Origin: Macrostomum lignano
Taxonomy: Eukaryota
DNA length: 42,744 nt
Direction: 5' to 3'
Assembly (NCBI GenBank): GCA_002269645.1
Contig: NIVC01001662.1
Location: forward strand, 1-42,744
This document shows positions 1 to 13,114 of the stretch, piece after piece. The notes under the pieces were generated by a model. That model was not told the DNA's origin. It saw only the letters and a program-made list of their open reading frames with translations, and searched no databases. Each line of letters opens with the position of its first letter. The first letter of the stretch is position 1. The position numbers and the translations under genes are program-made.

Positions 1-147
1 AAGCTACCCCCCCCCTCAATCGTTCTCTGTCGCGGGCTGCAGAGATGAGCAGAGAGCGGCTGGAACAGGTGGGGAGGATTAAGCTTGCCTGCAGATTAAG
101 GAGTACTCAGGATTAAATGTTTTGATTATTTTCTGCGTGGTCATAAC

Positions 148-1167
148 GGATTGCTAATCTGACTTCATTGGATTAATTAATAGAATGGATTGCTAATCTA
201 GCCTCCATTGATAAATGAATAGAATGGATTGCTAATCTAGCCTACATGGATTAATTAATAGAATGGATTGCTAATCTAGCCTACGTGGATTAATGAATAG
301 AATGGATTGCTAATCTAGCCTAATGTATTAAGAAATAGAATGGATTGCTAATCTAGCCTACATGGATTAAGGAATATAGGGATTGCTAATCTAGCCTACA
401 TGGATTAAGGAATAGAGTGGATTGCTAATCTAGCCTACATATTAAGAAATAGAATGGATTGCTAATCTAGCCTACATGGATTAAGGAATAGAGTGGATTG
501 CTAATCTAGCCTACATGGATTAAGGATAGAGTGGATTGCTAATCTAGCCTACATGGATTAAGGAATAGAATGGATTGCTAATCTAGCCTACATGGATTAA
601 GGAATAGAGTGTGTTTGCTAATCTAGCCTACATGGATTAAGGAATAGAGTGGATTGCTAATCTAGCCTACATGGATTGAGGAATATAGTGGATTGCTAAT
701 CTAGCCTACATGGATTAAGGAATAGAGTGGATTGCTAATCTAGTCTACATGGATTGAGGAATATAGTGGATTGCTAATCTAGCCTACATGGATTAAGGAA
801 TAGAGTGGATTGCTAATCTAGTCTACATGGATTGAGGAATATAGTGGATTGCTAATCTAGCCTACATGGATTAAGGAATAGAGTGGATTGCTAATCTAGC
901 CTACATGGATTAAGGAATAGAGTGGATTGCTAATCTAGCCTACACGGATTAAGGAATAGAGTGGATTGCTAATCTAGCCTACATGGATTAAGGAATAGAG
1001 TGGATTGCTAGTCTAGCCTACATGGATTAAGGAATAGAGTGGATTGCTAGTCTAGCCTACATGGATTAAGGAATAGAGTGGATTGCTAATCTAGCCTACA
1101 TGGATTAAGGAATAGAGTGGATTGCTAATCTAGCCTACATGGATTAAGGAATAGAGTGGATTGCTAA
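148..1167. repeat. 39-bp minisatellite (GAATAGAGTGGATTGCTAATCTAGCCTACATGGATTAAG), about 26 copies
   Basis: Head-to-tail units without spacers; left copies diverged, right copies near-identical. Confidence 0.95.
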
Positions 1168-1658
1168 ATATTATGATAGTGCGGAAAAAGTTAACCAGTA
1201 AAGTTAGAACTTGAAAATGCAACTCAAGTACAATTTGGTTATTTAAGCAACCTGAAACGGGCGGAAGCCTCATAAATTGTTTTTATCCTGCATTCTGCAT
1301 CAAATTTTTGCATATCTATAGTTCTAACGGCAGCAAGTAATGAATTATTAATGAGGAAGCAGCGGGCCGGTCCGTACACAGCATTGGCCGGGAATCGGAG
1401 ATGCGAGCCCTTCGCCTGCTGCAGATTCGGGGTGGCGGGGGGGGGGGGGCTTCAGCGGATTTGGGGAAATCGGCCCAGTACTGGCTGGCTCCGACGGCCT
1501 GGGAGGAAGAGAGACGGGGAGAGAAACAGTTTGAGAACGGATAGGCGATGCCGGAGAGATGCTGGGGCGGTGTGGGGATGAGGGAGGCTGAGGCCAGCAG
1601 TAGGGGAGAGCGGAGGTGGCCGGTCGCTGAGCCGAGGTTGCAGTGAGCGGAATTGAAT

Positions 1659-1828
1659 TTAATGGGGGGGGCTTCTGGCATCCTTGGGCCTCGCTTGGAG
1701 CAACGGGCAGGGAAGGGAGGTGGTGGGTGAATCGCTAAGAAATGGAAGAGACCTGGGGCGAGTCGGACACCTGGCCGATGATCTGGCCGATTCGGCAGGG
1801 CTGGCCAGGAGGGGGCGCGGATTGAGTC
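1659..1828 (-). CDS. Putative last exon of an orphan Ser/Pro-rich gene
   Basis: Acceptor ctccgcttccgtcag; phase-1 frame open to TAA at 1659-1661 (GLNPRPLL...RSPPH*). No recognisable homology. Confidence 0.25.
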
Positions 1829-1949
1829 CTGACGGAAGCGGAGTTAAGATTCTTTAAAGGGCTCTGTTTGCGAATCGGATCCCAAGCTAGCGGCTAAATA
1901 TAGGCATCGAGATCGCCAGCACAGTGGAGAGGTGAGTAAGAAAGGGGAG

Positions 1950-2442
1950 ATTAAAAGATGGGGAAAAGGAAAAGAAGAAAGGGGGAGATAGAGGAGAGGG
2001 AGAAAAAATAGAGGAGTGAGATGAGTGGGAGGAGGAAAGGAGGAGAGGAGTTAGCGGAGAGAGGATATAGGGGAGAGATATTGAGGAGGAGAGAGAGGGT
2101 AATGAAGAGAGGATGAAGAATAGGAGAGAGGGGATGAGCGAGAGGGTTGAGGGAGTGAGGTGAGGGATGAGAGATGAGAAAGAGAGAGGGGGTGAAGGGT
2201 GACAGAGAGGGGTGAGGGAGGAGAGAGGGTAAGGGAGGGGGTGAGGGATGGGGTGGAGGGAGGAGAGAGAGGGGGTGAGAGAGGGGTTGAGGGAGTGGGG
2301 TGAGGGAAGGGGTGAGGGATGAGAGAGAGGGGTGAGGGATGAGAGAGAGGGGTGAGGGATGAGAGAGAGGGGTGAGGGATGAGAGAGGGGTGAGGGATGA
2401 GAGAGGGGTGAGGGATGAGAGAGGGGTGAGGGATGAGAGAGA
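1950..2442. repeat. Purine-rich degenerate repeat (GAGAGAGGGGTGAGGGAT-like)
   Basis: Almost only G/A on + strand; 18-20 bp units at 2320-2440. Confidence 0.9.
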
Positions 2443-2508
2443 AATCATGGTATAGCAGGTGTTAAAGAAAAAATAAAGGCACGGTGACGGGAATGCGGTG
2501 AGACTTAC

Positions 2509-2582
2509 CTGAGCCTGCTGGACTCCCAATAAAGTCTGGCATTGAGCATCGCAGTGCATGGCAATCAGAGGAGCCCCTTGTG
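2509..2582 (-). CDS. Putative internal exon of orphan gene
   Basis: ctgccag acceptor and strong cag|gtaagt donor; 74 nt, phase 2 to 1, TRGSSDCHALRCSMPDFIGSPAGS. Confidence 0.35.
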
Positions 2583-3388
2583 CTGGCAGATACGAATACA
2601 AAAAGCACACAGACTTCTAGGCGTCAGTTTGGCAGTGGGAAAACACAAAAGCAAGCGTGAGTTAGGAGTCTATTTACTCAGGTGGGGGCAGCACACTGGT
2701 TTGCTGGCAAAAGTGCAAGGCTGGTCACAACAGTGTGTAGATCAGAGAGTTTTGGGGTGCTCACGTCAGGAAGAGGACGCGAATAAAAAAACAATTGGGA
2801 TAGCTCCCCGATACGATCAGTGAGACACAGAACATTCTAATAAACATAGGATTACCTTCGCCAATAGATCTCTTGCTACATATAACGGTTTGTCCCAAAA
2901 TAGCTCGTACCGAAAGAAAACATCTGTACAGTTTATCTACCGCTTTTTTCACGCGGACAAATCAAGGCCATGGACAGCAGCTTCCAGATGTTGCAAGGAC
3001 GTCTTAATCACTTTTAGGACGAGAAAGTCGCAAATTATGGTGAAAAATGCGGGGCCCCTTTAAAAGACTCTTCTTACACTGCTTCCTTTTATTCCAAAAT
3101 GAAAACATTTCACCATAATGCAAAACATTTCTTTTCTGTTGCTCTTTTTAGTCTCTTGATTTATGTTGTCCGGTTCGACTGCATTATTGTACTTTCTTAA
3201 TTAATGAGAATTCAATGAAAAGTTAGGCTGTACTACATGGAGTCCTTTTAAGGCTTACATCATAGCAAATGCTTTTAAAAGATCCTCATACTTTTTCCCT
3301 ATGATTTGCACGTTTCCCGTCCTGAGTGATTGAGAAGTCCTTGGTGGTGTCTCTGTTTAAAAGACTATTTTCAAGGACTACTATATAC

Positions 3389-3638
<250 letters not shown>

Positions 3639-3678
3639 GGGATCTTTTTAGGGATCTAGACAAGGGTGGGATTTGCAC

Positions 3679-3771
3679 CTTGGACACGAGCGGGACAGAG
3701 CGGCTGCTTGCTGCTGCGGCTGCTCCTGCCGCAGAGCTGCTGGAGATTCTTGCAGTTTCACAGCCGCACGC
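3679..3771 (-). CDS. Putative internal exon of orphan gene
   Basis: ctctctactctacag acceptor, ag|gtgcaa donor; 93 nt, phase 2-2, RAAVKLQESPAALRQEQPQQQAAALSRSCP. Confidence 0.35.
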
Positions 3772-3954
3772 CTGTAGAGTAGAGAGATTTGTTATAAATT
3801 TAGTTGGCTCTCTGGGCAAGCGAGCCCTGCTGCGGGCTGATGAAGACCTGTCGGAGACTGAGCTGCCCAAGCATGGACTTTCGGTCTGTGCGATGCTGAT
3901 ATGGTCTCCTATGTCACGCTGACAGCGAATAATAAAATTCACTGAAAATTCATC

Positions 3955-4205
3955 CTCACAATCCCCATGACTGTGAGGATCACAATCCCCATGACTGAGG
4001 ATCATAATCCCCATGACTGTGACGATCAAAATCCCCATGACTGTGAGGATAATAATCCCCATGACTGTGAGGATCACAATCCTCAGACTATGGGGATCAC
4101 AATCCCCCAATTCCCAGACTGTGGGGATCACAATCCCCAGACTGTGGGGATCACAATCCCAGGCTGTGGAGATCACAATCCCAGACTCTGGGGATCTCAA
4201 TCCCA
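3955..4205. repeat. 22-24 bp minisatellite (ATCCCCATGACTGTGAGGATCACA), about 10 copies
   Basis: Tandem units drifting to ATCCCCAGACTGTGGGGATCACA. Confidence 0.9.
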
Positions 4206-4263
4206 GCCTTAGAGCTGTCAATTACAACCTAGACCAGCCAGATCCCCTGAACCGCCGACTCAC

Positions 4264-4564
4264 TTCTGACGGTACCGCTCGGCCGGACTCGAAGAATCCT
4301 GCGGTCTCCGCGCCCTGGAGCAGCCGTGCTGCCGCACCAGCGCCACGGACTCCGTTCGGTCCTTGTCAGACAGGAAGCTGATAGTGATGAAGCCCGACCC
4401 GTCAGCGTCGCAGGCTTCGTCATCTTCAGACTCTTCTCTGGCGTTCGCTGATTGCTGGCGATGGAGGCGCGGCTGTGCGGCTCGCCGGTGGTGCCGACGA
4501 CGAGGCGGGGTGGCTGCCGCCGCTGCCGCCGACGATGGCGTCACCGGGTGCTGCAGCCCCGCCA
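4264..4564 (-). CDS. Putative coding exon of orphan gene (Ala/Arg/His-rich then acidic)
   Basis: GC-rich island in AT-rich DNA; ORF 4260-4565 ends at aa|gtgagt donor; acceptor position uncertain (ctagacag at 4565). Confidence 0.4.
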
Positions 4565-6467
4565 CTGTCTAGCTGGGCACGGGGCGGCCCACCTGCGGGC
4601 TGCGGATTGCGAAGGGAGCACCTGTGACTATTTATTGTCATAAATAAAAATGTACTTAACTGTTTTGAGTACCTAATTAATATTTAACACTGACATATTG
4701 TAATCTTCACTCAATAAAATGGAAGTCATACTAATAAAGCACACGTAGGATAAAAGACAAAATAATTATTTTTTAAAATCACAGATAAAATTACCAGTAA
4801 ATTTTAAAAAGTTTTTATTCAAAAATCTTGAGCTCAATATTTTTTTATTGCAGTGGCTTGTAAATTGTTTGAAAATATACAGAAAAAATCATATGCTTTG
4901 GTTTAATTATGCTAATATATAACTGATAATTCAATATAATTTCTACAAATAAACTCACTGTTTGTTTTTTAACTTCAATCTAGTGAACAGAAAAAATACT
5001 TATATACTTTTAAGTGCAATAATTTCTTAAATACATTGCATGGCATACATGGCAGTAGCAGCACATTCTTCAATGCATTAGTAGAGCATAACAGATCCAC
5101 ATGTCCTCAGAAATTACTGCAAAAAACAAATGGAGTTTTCTAAATAATTTCAAATTTCTTTGTAAATTAACCAAATCCAACTATGTTTGAATCTAATAAT
5201 AATATATTGCTATATTGATTGCTCAAATCTCAGTATATACTTACTAATTTAAGTTGAAGCATAATCAAAACTGATAGTAAATACAGTGTCAGAAAAAAGA
5301 TAAGATAAAATTCATTACAAAAATTATTTATTGGTATACCGATATATTTTGCTTGTTCACTACTATAGTTTTTAAGTCTCAGTAGGGTTTAATTAATATC
5401 TTAATTTTTTGCTACTTTGCCTGGTTCACTTGTTACTCATTATTCGTTGGCGCCTTTTTGGGTGAGACTTATATTCTCATTCTGTTAAAAACTCAGCAAA
5501 TATCTGCAACAATATAACTGGCCAACTTTGTTATGTTAGGTTTACTTGTAAAGTAGTAATACACTAATAATACATACCTGTGCATGCAGTCTTCAAAACA
5601 TGGACACTCACTACATCCCGAAAATACCGATCGTAAACGTAGTCAGTAGTACTTTTGATGTCAGTAGCAGTTTTTATGATAAAGGTCTAAGTATAATTAT
5701 AATGCCTGTGCCTCTGCTAACTTGTGATTCTAATAGTTTGCTTGATCAGTATCCAATCCAAAGTTTGATTGCGAAGGACATTAGTGGGACCGAGCACGAA
5801 GTAAAAATATACAATTTAAAAAAGCGATGTTAAAAATCGCGTAAACGCTATCGAGTACATTTGTTTCAGCAGTGAAACAAAATGTCTTTCCGAATGAAAC
5901 GCAAATGACGAGTCTGAACAAATAATTATCTCGACTTGAAACAAACCACAGCCGCTTATCTTTATAGGCTAGTCATATGGAAGTAGTTTTAGACAATATT
6001 ATATCGTGACCGGAAGCAAAACATAAAAATGCGTTTTGGGGACTGTAATTGAATATATATAAATATAATCATTGAAGTTCATCTTTCCGGTCAACATATG
6101 ATAAATTAATTTTACTAAAATTGCCATTGGTAGAACTTTATTTGGACGTTCGAGTCTATATATACGAGTAAATACTTTACAAAGCAGTGCTACGAATGCG
6201 TAAAATTAGCAAAAAATGGGGCGAGCAAACATAGAAAAGCTCAAATGGTGGGTGTCCTATAATTTTTAGATCAAACTTTTAATTCAGGGAGTTCTAAAAA
6301 TATCTAAAAAGTCGCCTTTAAATTCGAACGTCACCTAGCTGTTTGTTAATTGATATACTCGATCTTCCCACAGACAAAAGCAAAAATAAAGCAAACTTTC
6401 TGTTTCTAATAATAATTGAACTCACAAAGTGTAAAACTGATTAGGCTGCGCTATCTATACTTTGCAG

Positions 6468-7313
6468 AGCAAGCAGAAGCAACAGCAGAAAATGCGAAGC
6501 AGAAAGCAGACAGGCAAGCCAAGAAAAAAAGTGACGTTCATGAAAAGGCGGCAGCTACGTCATTCCAGCTGCCCGCCGGAGGACTTTGATGCTATCCTAG
6601 AGGAGGTTGTTGGTGACGCGCCAGAGAAGACCGGTGAAGTCGAAGAGGTGGCCGTGGTATCAAGTGAAACCAAGGAGGCTGAGGCAGCTAAGCCAGCAAA
6701 GGCATCCCCAACCGGTGACGGACATCGTTGGAAGTCAATAGAGGCCGGCAGTTCAAGCAGGGATGAGATTCCATCGTCATCTCCTTCGTCTCTGCCAAAG
6801 CCGCCTTCGCCGAAGCCACCATCGCAGCAGCAGCAGCCAACCGCGAAGCCAATCGCATCCGCATCCAAGCCAACAACTGAGCGAGACGCGGAGACTTCGG
6901 CCACTCTGCTAGCGATCCCGGCGGTGGCCAGAAAGCTGGGCCAGCCGCAGAGCCGCAGACAGGCCGCTGAGCAGCGGGTGCTGCTGTCGCAACGGCGGCC
7001 ACCGGTCGACTCCGTGGACAACAAGGCCGTGGTAGAGCAGATGATGCAGCGCCTCAGCGATATGCTGCGCACTCTGCACCCGCTTGGAGGAGGCGCCGCG
7101 GCGGCTGCGCCAGCCACCGATGAGGACGTCGCCGCGACTATCGCGGCCAACCCGTCGCCTAGCGCGGCCCGGCTGTTGGCGCACTGCCAGCGGGGCCAGA
7201 TCCCCGAGCGCTACCGGCAGCTGCTGCGCCAGCTGGTGTCGGGCACCCGGCAGCAGCGGGCGGGCGACCGCAGGCGCTCGGAATGGGAGAAGAAGCTGCT
7301 GTACGAGAAGTGA
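6468..7313 (+). CDS. Orphan, largely disordered protein (about 273 aa from ATG 6492) with basic N-terminus and RKKVTF motif
   Basis: Long non-repetitive GC-rich ORF starting just after a tactttgcag acceptor, flanked by AT-rich DNA; stop TGA 7311-7313. Confidence 0.7.
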   Translation, partial: SKQKQQQKMRSRKQTGKPRKKVTFMKRRQLRHSSCPPEDFDAILEEVVGDAPEKTGEVEEVAVVSSETKEAEAAKPAKASPTGDGHRWKSIEAGSSSRDEIPSSSPSSLPKPPSPKPPSQQQQPTAKPIASASKPTTERDAETSATLLAIPAVARKLGQPQSRRQAAEQRVLLSQRRPPVDSVDNKAVVEQMMQRLSDMLRTLHPLGGGAAAAAPATDEDVAATIAANPSPSAARLLAHCQRGQIPERYRQLLRQLVSGTRQQRAGDRRRSEWEKKLLYEK

Positions 7314-8065
7314 CCAGGAAATTCGAGCGTACCTCCGCTGCTAATTTGGAACCATTTGTTTTATTTCAGCCCATACGCACAACATATCTGTAATTGATTT
7401 TCTATATTTTACACTGTAATTATAAAACTTATTAAACGTCCCCCAAAAGTACCGGAGCACCACATTTGCAGGCAGTTTGAAATGCACTCTGTAATACGAT
7501 AAATACACAGTTCGAAGCTTCCTGTCCTGTCTGTGTTTAGTAGGCTGCGCATTGCGCAATAATTGCGCCCATGGGTATCGAAATTAATAATTAGGCCTGT
7601 CAACTTAGCTGCCGTTTTGTCGCTTCTTTCAAATGGAGCTAAAATTTGCTAAAGAAGAAATCGCTGTATTATCGCAGCTGTTACAACTGCTCTCAGCGAC
7701 TGACGCATGGAATTGCGGTGACCCCACTCGCTAATTGACCTATCCGGGATTGGGGACATCGATAATCCCCAGGTGTCAGCAGCATCACAGCTCCATCAAT
7801 AGCTACTCAATCTATTTACAGAAATCTCTCGTGTTTGAGTGCTGGGGACGCCTCGCCGCTTCAAGTCCGCCATTCAGGCCGCGGCTGTCGATTTTTATGT
7901 ATAATAAATTCTGCTGCAAGAAAATCTGCGACTTAACTTGATTGATTACCGATCAAGCTGGTTTTGAGGCCTGAGTGGATTCGAAATCAGCAGCTCAGCG
8001 GCTCGATTCCGTGCGCGGCTGCAATGACTTGGGGGCTTGTGTACGAAAATTGGCTTGGGGGTTGT

Positions 8066-8497
8066 TGTGTACATCCGTGTACATGCCGTGTACATCAGTG
8101 TACATGCTGTGTGCATCCGCGTACATGCTGTGTACATCCGTGTTCATGCCGGATTCATCCGTGTACATGCTGTGTACATCCGTGTTCATGCCGGATTCAT
8201 CCGTGTACATGCTGTGTACATCCGTGTGCGTGCTGTGTACATCCGTGTACATACTGTGTACATCGTGTACATACTGTGTACATTGTGTACATGCTGTGTA
8301 CATCAGTGTACATGCTGTGTACATCAGTGTACATGCTGTGTACATCAGTGTACATGCTGTGTACATCAGTGTGCGTGCTGTGTACATCCGTGTACATACT
8401 GTGTACATCGTTTACACACTGTGTGCATCGTGTACACACTGTGTACATTGTGTACATGCTGTGTACATCAGTGTACATGCTGTGTACATCAGTGTGC
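8066..8497. repeat. About 21-bp palindrome-rich minisatellite (TGTGTACATCAGTGTACATGC)
   Basis: Tandem units each holding TGTACA twice; opens ORFs in several frames. Confidence 0.95.
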
Positions 8498-8999
8498 GTG
8501 CTCAGGGGTCAGCGGAATGGGCACGCCTTGGTTTGCGGCAGCGCCCACAGCCCAGTGCAAACAAATTAGTTAGATCTGTTTTTTTCCCAGGAAGTATTTT
8601 TATCCCACCCACCATTTTGATGGATCCTGGATGTTGTTAACCAATCTGGCAGTTCAAAATGACTTCACTGGCCGCTGAAGCGAACAGGTCGGGAAATTGG
8701 AGTTCTCAGTCCAGCAGAATCACAGGAACTCGATTAATTTTGCTCAGCCGCGGAGCTCAAATTTCAAACTCTGAAATGGAAACCAAGGTTTGTTTTATTA
8801 AATTGAAAATCGAATTGGCAAACCCGAGGAAAGAAGCTAAACTGCACACTTTCCTACTACAATAGCTATCGCTACACCTGGAATCGAACCTAGGATCTCT
8901 GAAGCCTCTGAAAGCAGAAAACAATTCATCTATAAGCAGATCCACTACTTGTTAAAGTTTTCGTGAATCCAGAGCTGCAAAGACAGGCCTGAAGGCAGC

Positions 9000-9470
9000 T
9001 GACATGCTTCATCAGTTTGTGTCGCCACTCCAGACTCTGCATTTTGTTGAACTCCCCGGCCGCTGAAATTGGGAGCGCCTCTCGCTCCGCTGATTCCCGG
9101 CCAGCCGGCGAGCTGTTGCGGCGCGGCCGTCCGGCCGACAGGCAAATCCCCGCAGCCGCCGCTGGAAGACGCCAGCCGGGAAAATTGCATCCCTAATCCC
9201 CTCATTCGGTGGCCGGATTAGCCGTCGGGGGCCGGGGATCTGATTGGCCCGGCCGGGCCTCCCGGACTCCCCAGCCCGGCCCCTTCATCCAGCTATTAAC
9301 GAGAGGATAAGCGGCAACCGCTGCTGCCTGAAACTTTCCTCTAGAAGCAGACTTTGCCGCTCACTCGGTCCGAAGCGTTGTTCGCCGAGATAAATTCGCC
9401 TCGCCGGAAGACAAGAGTCTCCAGGAGCTTTGCTGCGTCAGCCGAGAGACACGACTAAGTAAGGTAACCC
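9000..9470 (+). promoter_or_regulatory. Candidate GC/CpG-rich promoter and non-coding first exon of VMAT
   Basis: CpG-dense stretch with ATTGG near 9243 and donor-like gtaagg (9459) and aag|gtaacc (9464). No transcript evidence. Confidence 0.25.
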
Positions 9471-10571
9471 GCCGGCTTTGCGTGCAAGCCGTGATGGCGC
9501 TTGGATAAAACAATTTCAAACTTTTTTTGCATTGATGAAGAGATCAATTGATGAAGAGAGAGCCACTACTTGTACATGCAGAGACAATGGGAGAAGCTGG
9601 GGATCCCAGACCCTGCAGCTGACATCCCCTTGGCATCGGGGAGAATCGAAAAATCATCAGCCTCTTCTCACCCTCCGGAAATCTGCCGTTGACATCTGAT
9701 GCCGCTGAGATGCTGGCGCTCCTCTTCAAGCATCCTCAAGCAGTCTGCTTCTAAGAGGATATTCGGGGCCCGCCCCTCTGCCGCGGGGCGAGAGGCTGAT
9801 CGTTGAAATTTGAATTTCTTCTTCATTCGGTCCAGCGATGATCTGCCAGATTCCGGGCCAGCTCCGTGGGCCAGGGGGGGAGCTGGCGGATGTTTGCAGG
9901 CCGAGCCGCGCCGGAAAAGAATTGAAAGCTGAGAATGGAAAGAAATTTCAAAAGCCGAAGGCTGGTAGGTCTGTGCCAGACTCTGAGCCCTGAGGATGGA
10001 GCGTCAGTTTCTTATTGTGCAGCAGCCGCTGCTCTCAGTGCTTGGGGGTCGCATGACTGCCTGGCGGGGCTGCAATCCGCTGGAACATGATGGATGCCTG
10101 GTCGGGAAACCGGGCGCGGAGAGCAGGCGACTTGGACCGGAAGCGGCCTGCTGAGCAGGCGGGTAGCGGCGCTCCGGGGGTCTGCAGAGATAAAAAGGCG
10201 GCCCCCAGAAGGTCTCAATACGTGCGCCGATATTTCTTGGCGTGCAGCCCAATGAAAGCCGGCGGTCATGTTCTGCGGATGTCGGCGGGGCGGAGGGGGT
10301 GCTGCCGGCAGCTCAGGCTGCAACTTTGGGGTGCAAGTGGGGGGGGGCTGAGCACAATGGCAGATCGGGGGAAAGAAGGCGGGCTCAGGTGGCCTAAAGG
10401 TAAAGAAAGGAAAGAAGAAAACTGAGCGCAGGCTGGAGAGCGCAAAAGACTGCGAGATGAGAACGAGGGGAAAATGGTCAAAAAAGCTCAAAGTTTATCT
10501 GCCAGAACAAAGTAGCGGAGTCGAGCAGGGTCTGAAGAAAACGGGCCCCAAACCCCCACAGACCCGCGACC

Positions 10572-10740
10572 ATGGGCTATCGAGAGTTCCAGGACGGCAG
10601 CGATGAGAAAAAGCTGAGCTGGCTGGGGCGGGCGCAGTACGCCTTTGACAACCTGACCGGGATGCGGAACTCCAGGAAGCTCATCCTGCTGATTGTCTTC
10701 ATAGCGCTGTTCCTGGACAACATGCTGCTGACCACAGTTG
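10572..10740 (+). CDS. VMAT: Vesicular monoamine transporter, coding exon 1 (N-terminus, TM1)
   Basis: RNSRKLILLIVFIALFLDNMLLTTV matches VMAT [25 protein letters not shown], including the TM1 Asp; donor g|gtgagt at 10741. Confidence 0.97.
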
Positions 10741-10744
10741 GTGA

Positions 10745-11296
<552 letters not shown>

Positions 11297-11799
11297 AGAT
11301 GCCTTTATCTATTTTGCTACTGCGTGCTGCAGCGAAAAGCAGACTGCAATGAATATCAGAGTAAAGTCTTAATCTAAGAGTGTTGTCCAATATGGCCCAA
11401 CAAAAAAGAACTTATAAAGAAGTCGATCGCAAAGACCCGATGCAAGCGCGCTGGACCGTGGGGCAACAGCTTCCTGCATCATTTCCTCCGGCCCGTGATT
11501 GCCCCGGGCCTGCCAGCCTCCTCCCAGGCCGGGGCGGGGGCGGCCAAGACAAGACAAGAGAAGCGAGGCAAGGAGATTTCAGAGGCGCAAAGCATTGACT
11601 AGAAATGCGTTCTTTAAATGCTCGAAAAATAGCTGTTAAAATTGGATTAAAGGTCTTAATACAAATACGAGTATCAGATATTATAAGAGCCAGAGAGATG
11701 GAGAAGGAAAGAGAGGGAGAGGAGAGCGACAAAGGATGGACCATCAATTCCATAGCACTGACTCGGTGAAGACAGCTTTTGGATATTCCTCATCAAAGC

Positions 11800-12982
11800 A
11801 GAGACAGAAGTAGAGGAGGGAGAGAGATGGGAGAAAATATAAGAAAATGGAGATAGAGATAGAGAGAGTAGAGAGAGATGGGATAAAGAGTAACAGAGAG
11901 AGAGGGACATGGAGAGAGAGAGGGGGTCAGGGAGAGAGAGGGACAGGGAGAGGGTCAGGGAGAGGGAGGGACAGGGAGAGAGAGGGACAGGGAGAGAGAG
12001 GGGTCAGGGAGAGAGAGGGACAGGGAGAGGGTCAGGGAGAGGGAGGGACAGGGAGAGAGAGGGACAGGGAGAGAGAGGGACAGAGAGAGGGCCGGGGAGA
12101 GAAAGGGACAGGGAGAGGGAGGGACAGGGAGAGGGAGGGACAGGGAGAGAGGGGACAGGGAGAGAGAGGGCCGGGGAGAGAGGGGGACAGAGAGAGGGCC
12201 GGGGAGAGAAAGGGACAGGGAGAGGGAGGGACAGGGAGAGGGAGGGACAGGGAGAGGGAGACAGGGGAGAGAGAGGGCCGGGGAGAGAGGAGGGGACAGG
12301 GGAGAGAGAGGGCCGGGGAGAGAGGGACAGGGGAGAGGGACAGGGAGAGAGAGGGCCAGGGGAGAGAGAGGAGAGAGACAGGGAGAGAGAGGGACAGGGA
12401 GAGAGAGGGTCAGGGAGAGAGAGGGACAGGGAGAGAGAGGGTCAGGGAGAGAGAGGGACAGGGAGAGAGAGGGAGAGAGAGGGTCAGGAGAGAGACAGAG
12501 AGACAGGGAGAGAGAGGAGAGAGGGGAGAGAGAGGGACAGAGAGAGAGAGAGAGGGACAGGGAGAGGGAGGGACAGGGAGAGGAGAGGGACAGGGAGAGA
12601 GGGACAGGGGAGAGAGAGGGCCGGGGAGAGAGGGGACAGGGGAGAGGGACAGGGGAGAGAGAGGGCCGGGGAGAGAGAAGGACAGGGGAGAGAGGGTCAG
12701 GGAGAGAGAGGGTCAGGGAGAGAGAGGGACAGGGAGAGAGAGGGTCAGGGAGAGAGAGGGACAGGGAGAGAGAGGGTCAGGGAGAGAGAGAGACAGGGAG
12801 AGAGAGGGTCAGGGAGAGAGAGGGACAGGGAGAGAGAGGGTCAGGGAGAGAGAGAGACAGGGAGAGAGAGGGTCAGGGAGAGAGAGAGACAGGGAGAGAG
12901 AGGGTCAGGGAGAGAGAGGGACAGGGGAGAGAGAGGGCCGGGGAGAGAGGGTCAGGGAGAGAGAGGGTCAGGGAGAGAGAGG
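11800..12982. repeat. Purine-rich 15-16 bp repeat (GGGAGAGAGAGGGACA / GGGTCA), VMAT intron 1
   Basis: G/A-dominated tandem array; source of RE/GE-rich ORFs. Confidence 0.95.
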
Positions 12983-13114
12983 AGCAAAAAAGCTGACAAG
13001 ATGGAGAAGGGGTCGAGGAAAAGAGAAGAGCGGCTATTTCGACTTTTTAAGTACATTCTGAACTTTGCGAGGTGGCGATAGGCTTATTTACCAATAAAAA
13101 CGGGCCACCCGCAG

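Noticed and set aside
148-1167. CRISPR-like regular 38-39 bp periodicity (also 27708-28408, 17450-18255, 33196-33630)
   Set aside because: Units are contiguous with no unique spacers, no cas genes, and the context is an intron-containing eukaryotic genome.
1890-1940. + strand donor agag|gtgagt after a TATA-like taaatata
   Set aside because: No linked downstream exon can be supported from sequence alone; left unresolved.
3750-3771. IQ-motif-like RQKRAAVKLQ across the 4264/3771 junction
   Set aside because: Lacks the following xxxRGxxxR, and the junction itself is hypothetical.
3848-3918. Possible extra - strand exon RDIGDHISIAQTESPC
   Set aside because: Weak GTCTTC donor, and joining it to the 4264 donor in the preferred frame gives an immediate TAG.
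4370-4412. EF-hand-like DADGSGFITISF on the - strand
   Set aside because: Position 12 is Phe not Glu, no amphipathic entering helix (acidic run instead) and no partner EF hand.
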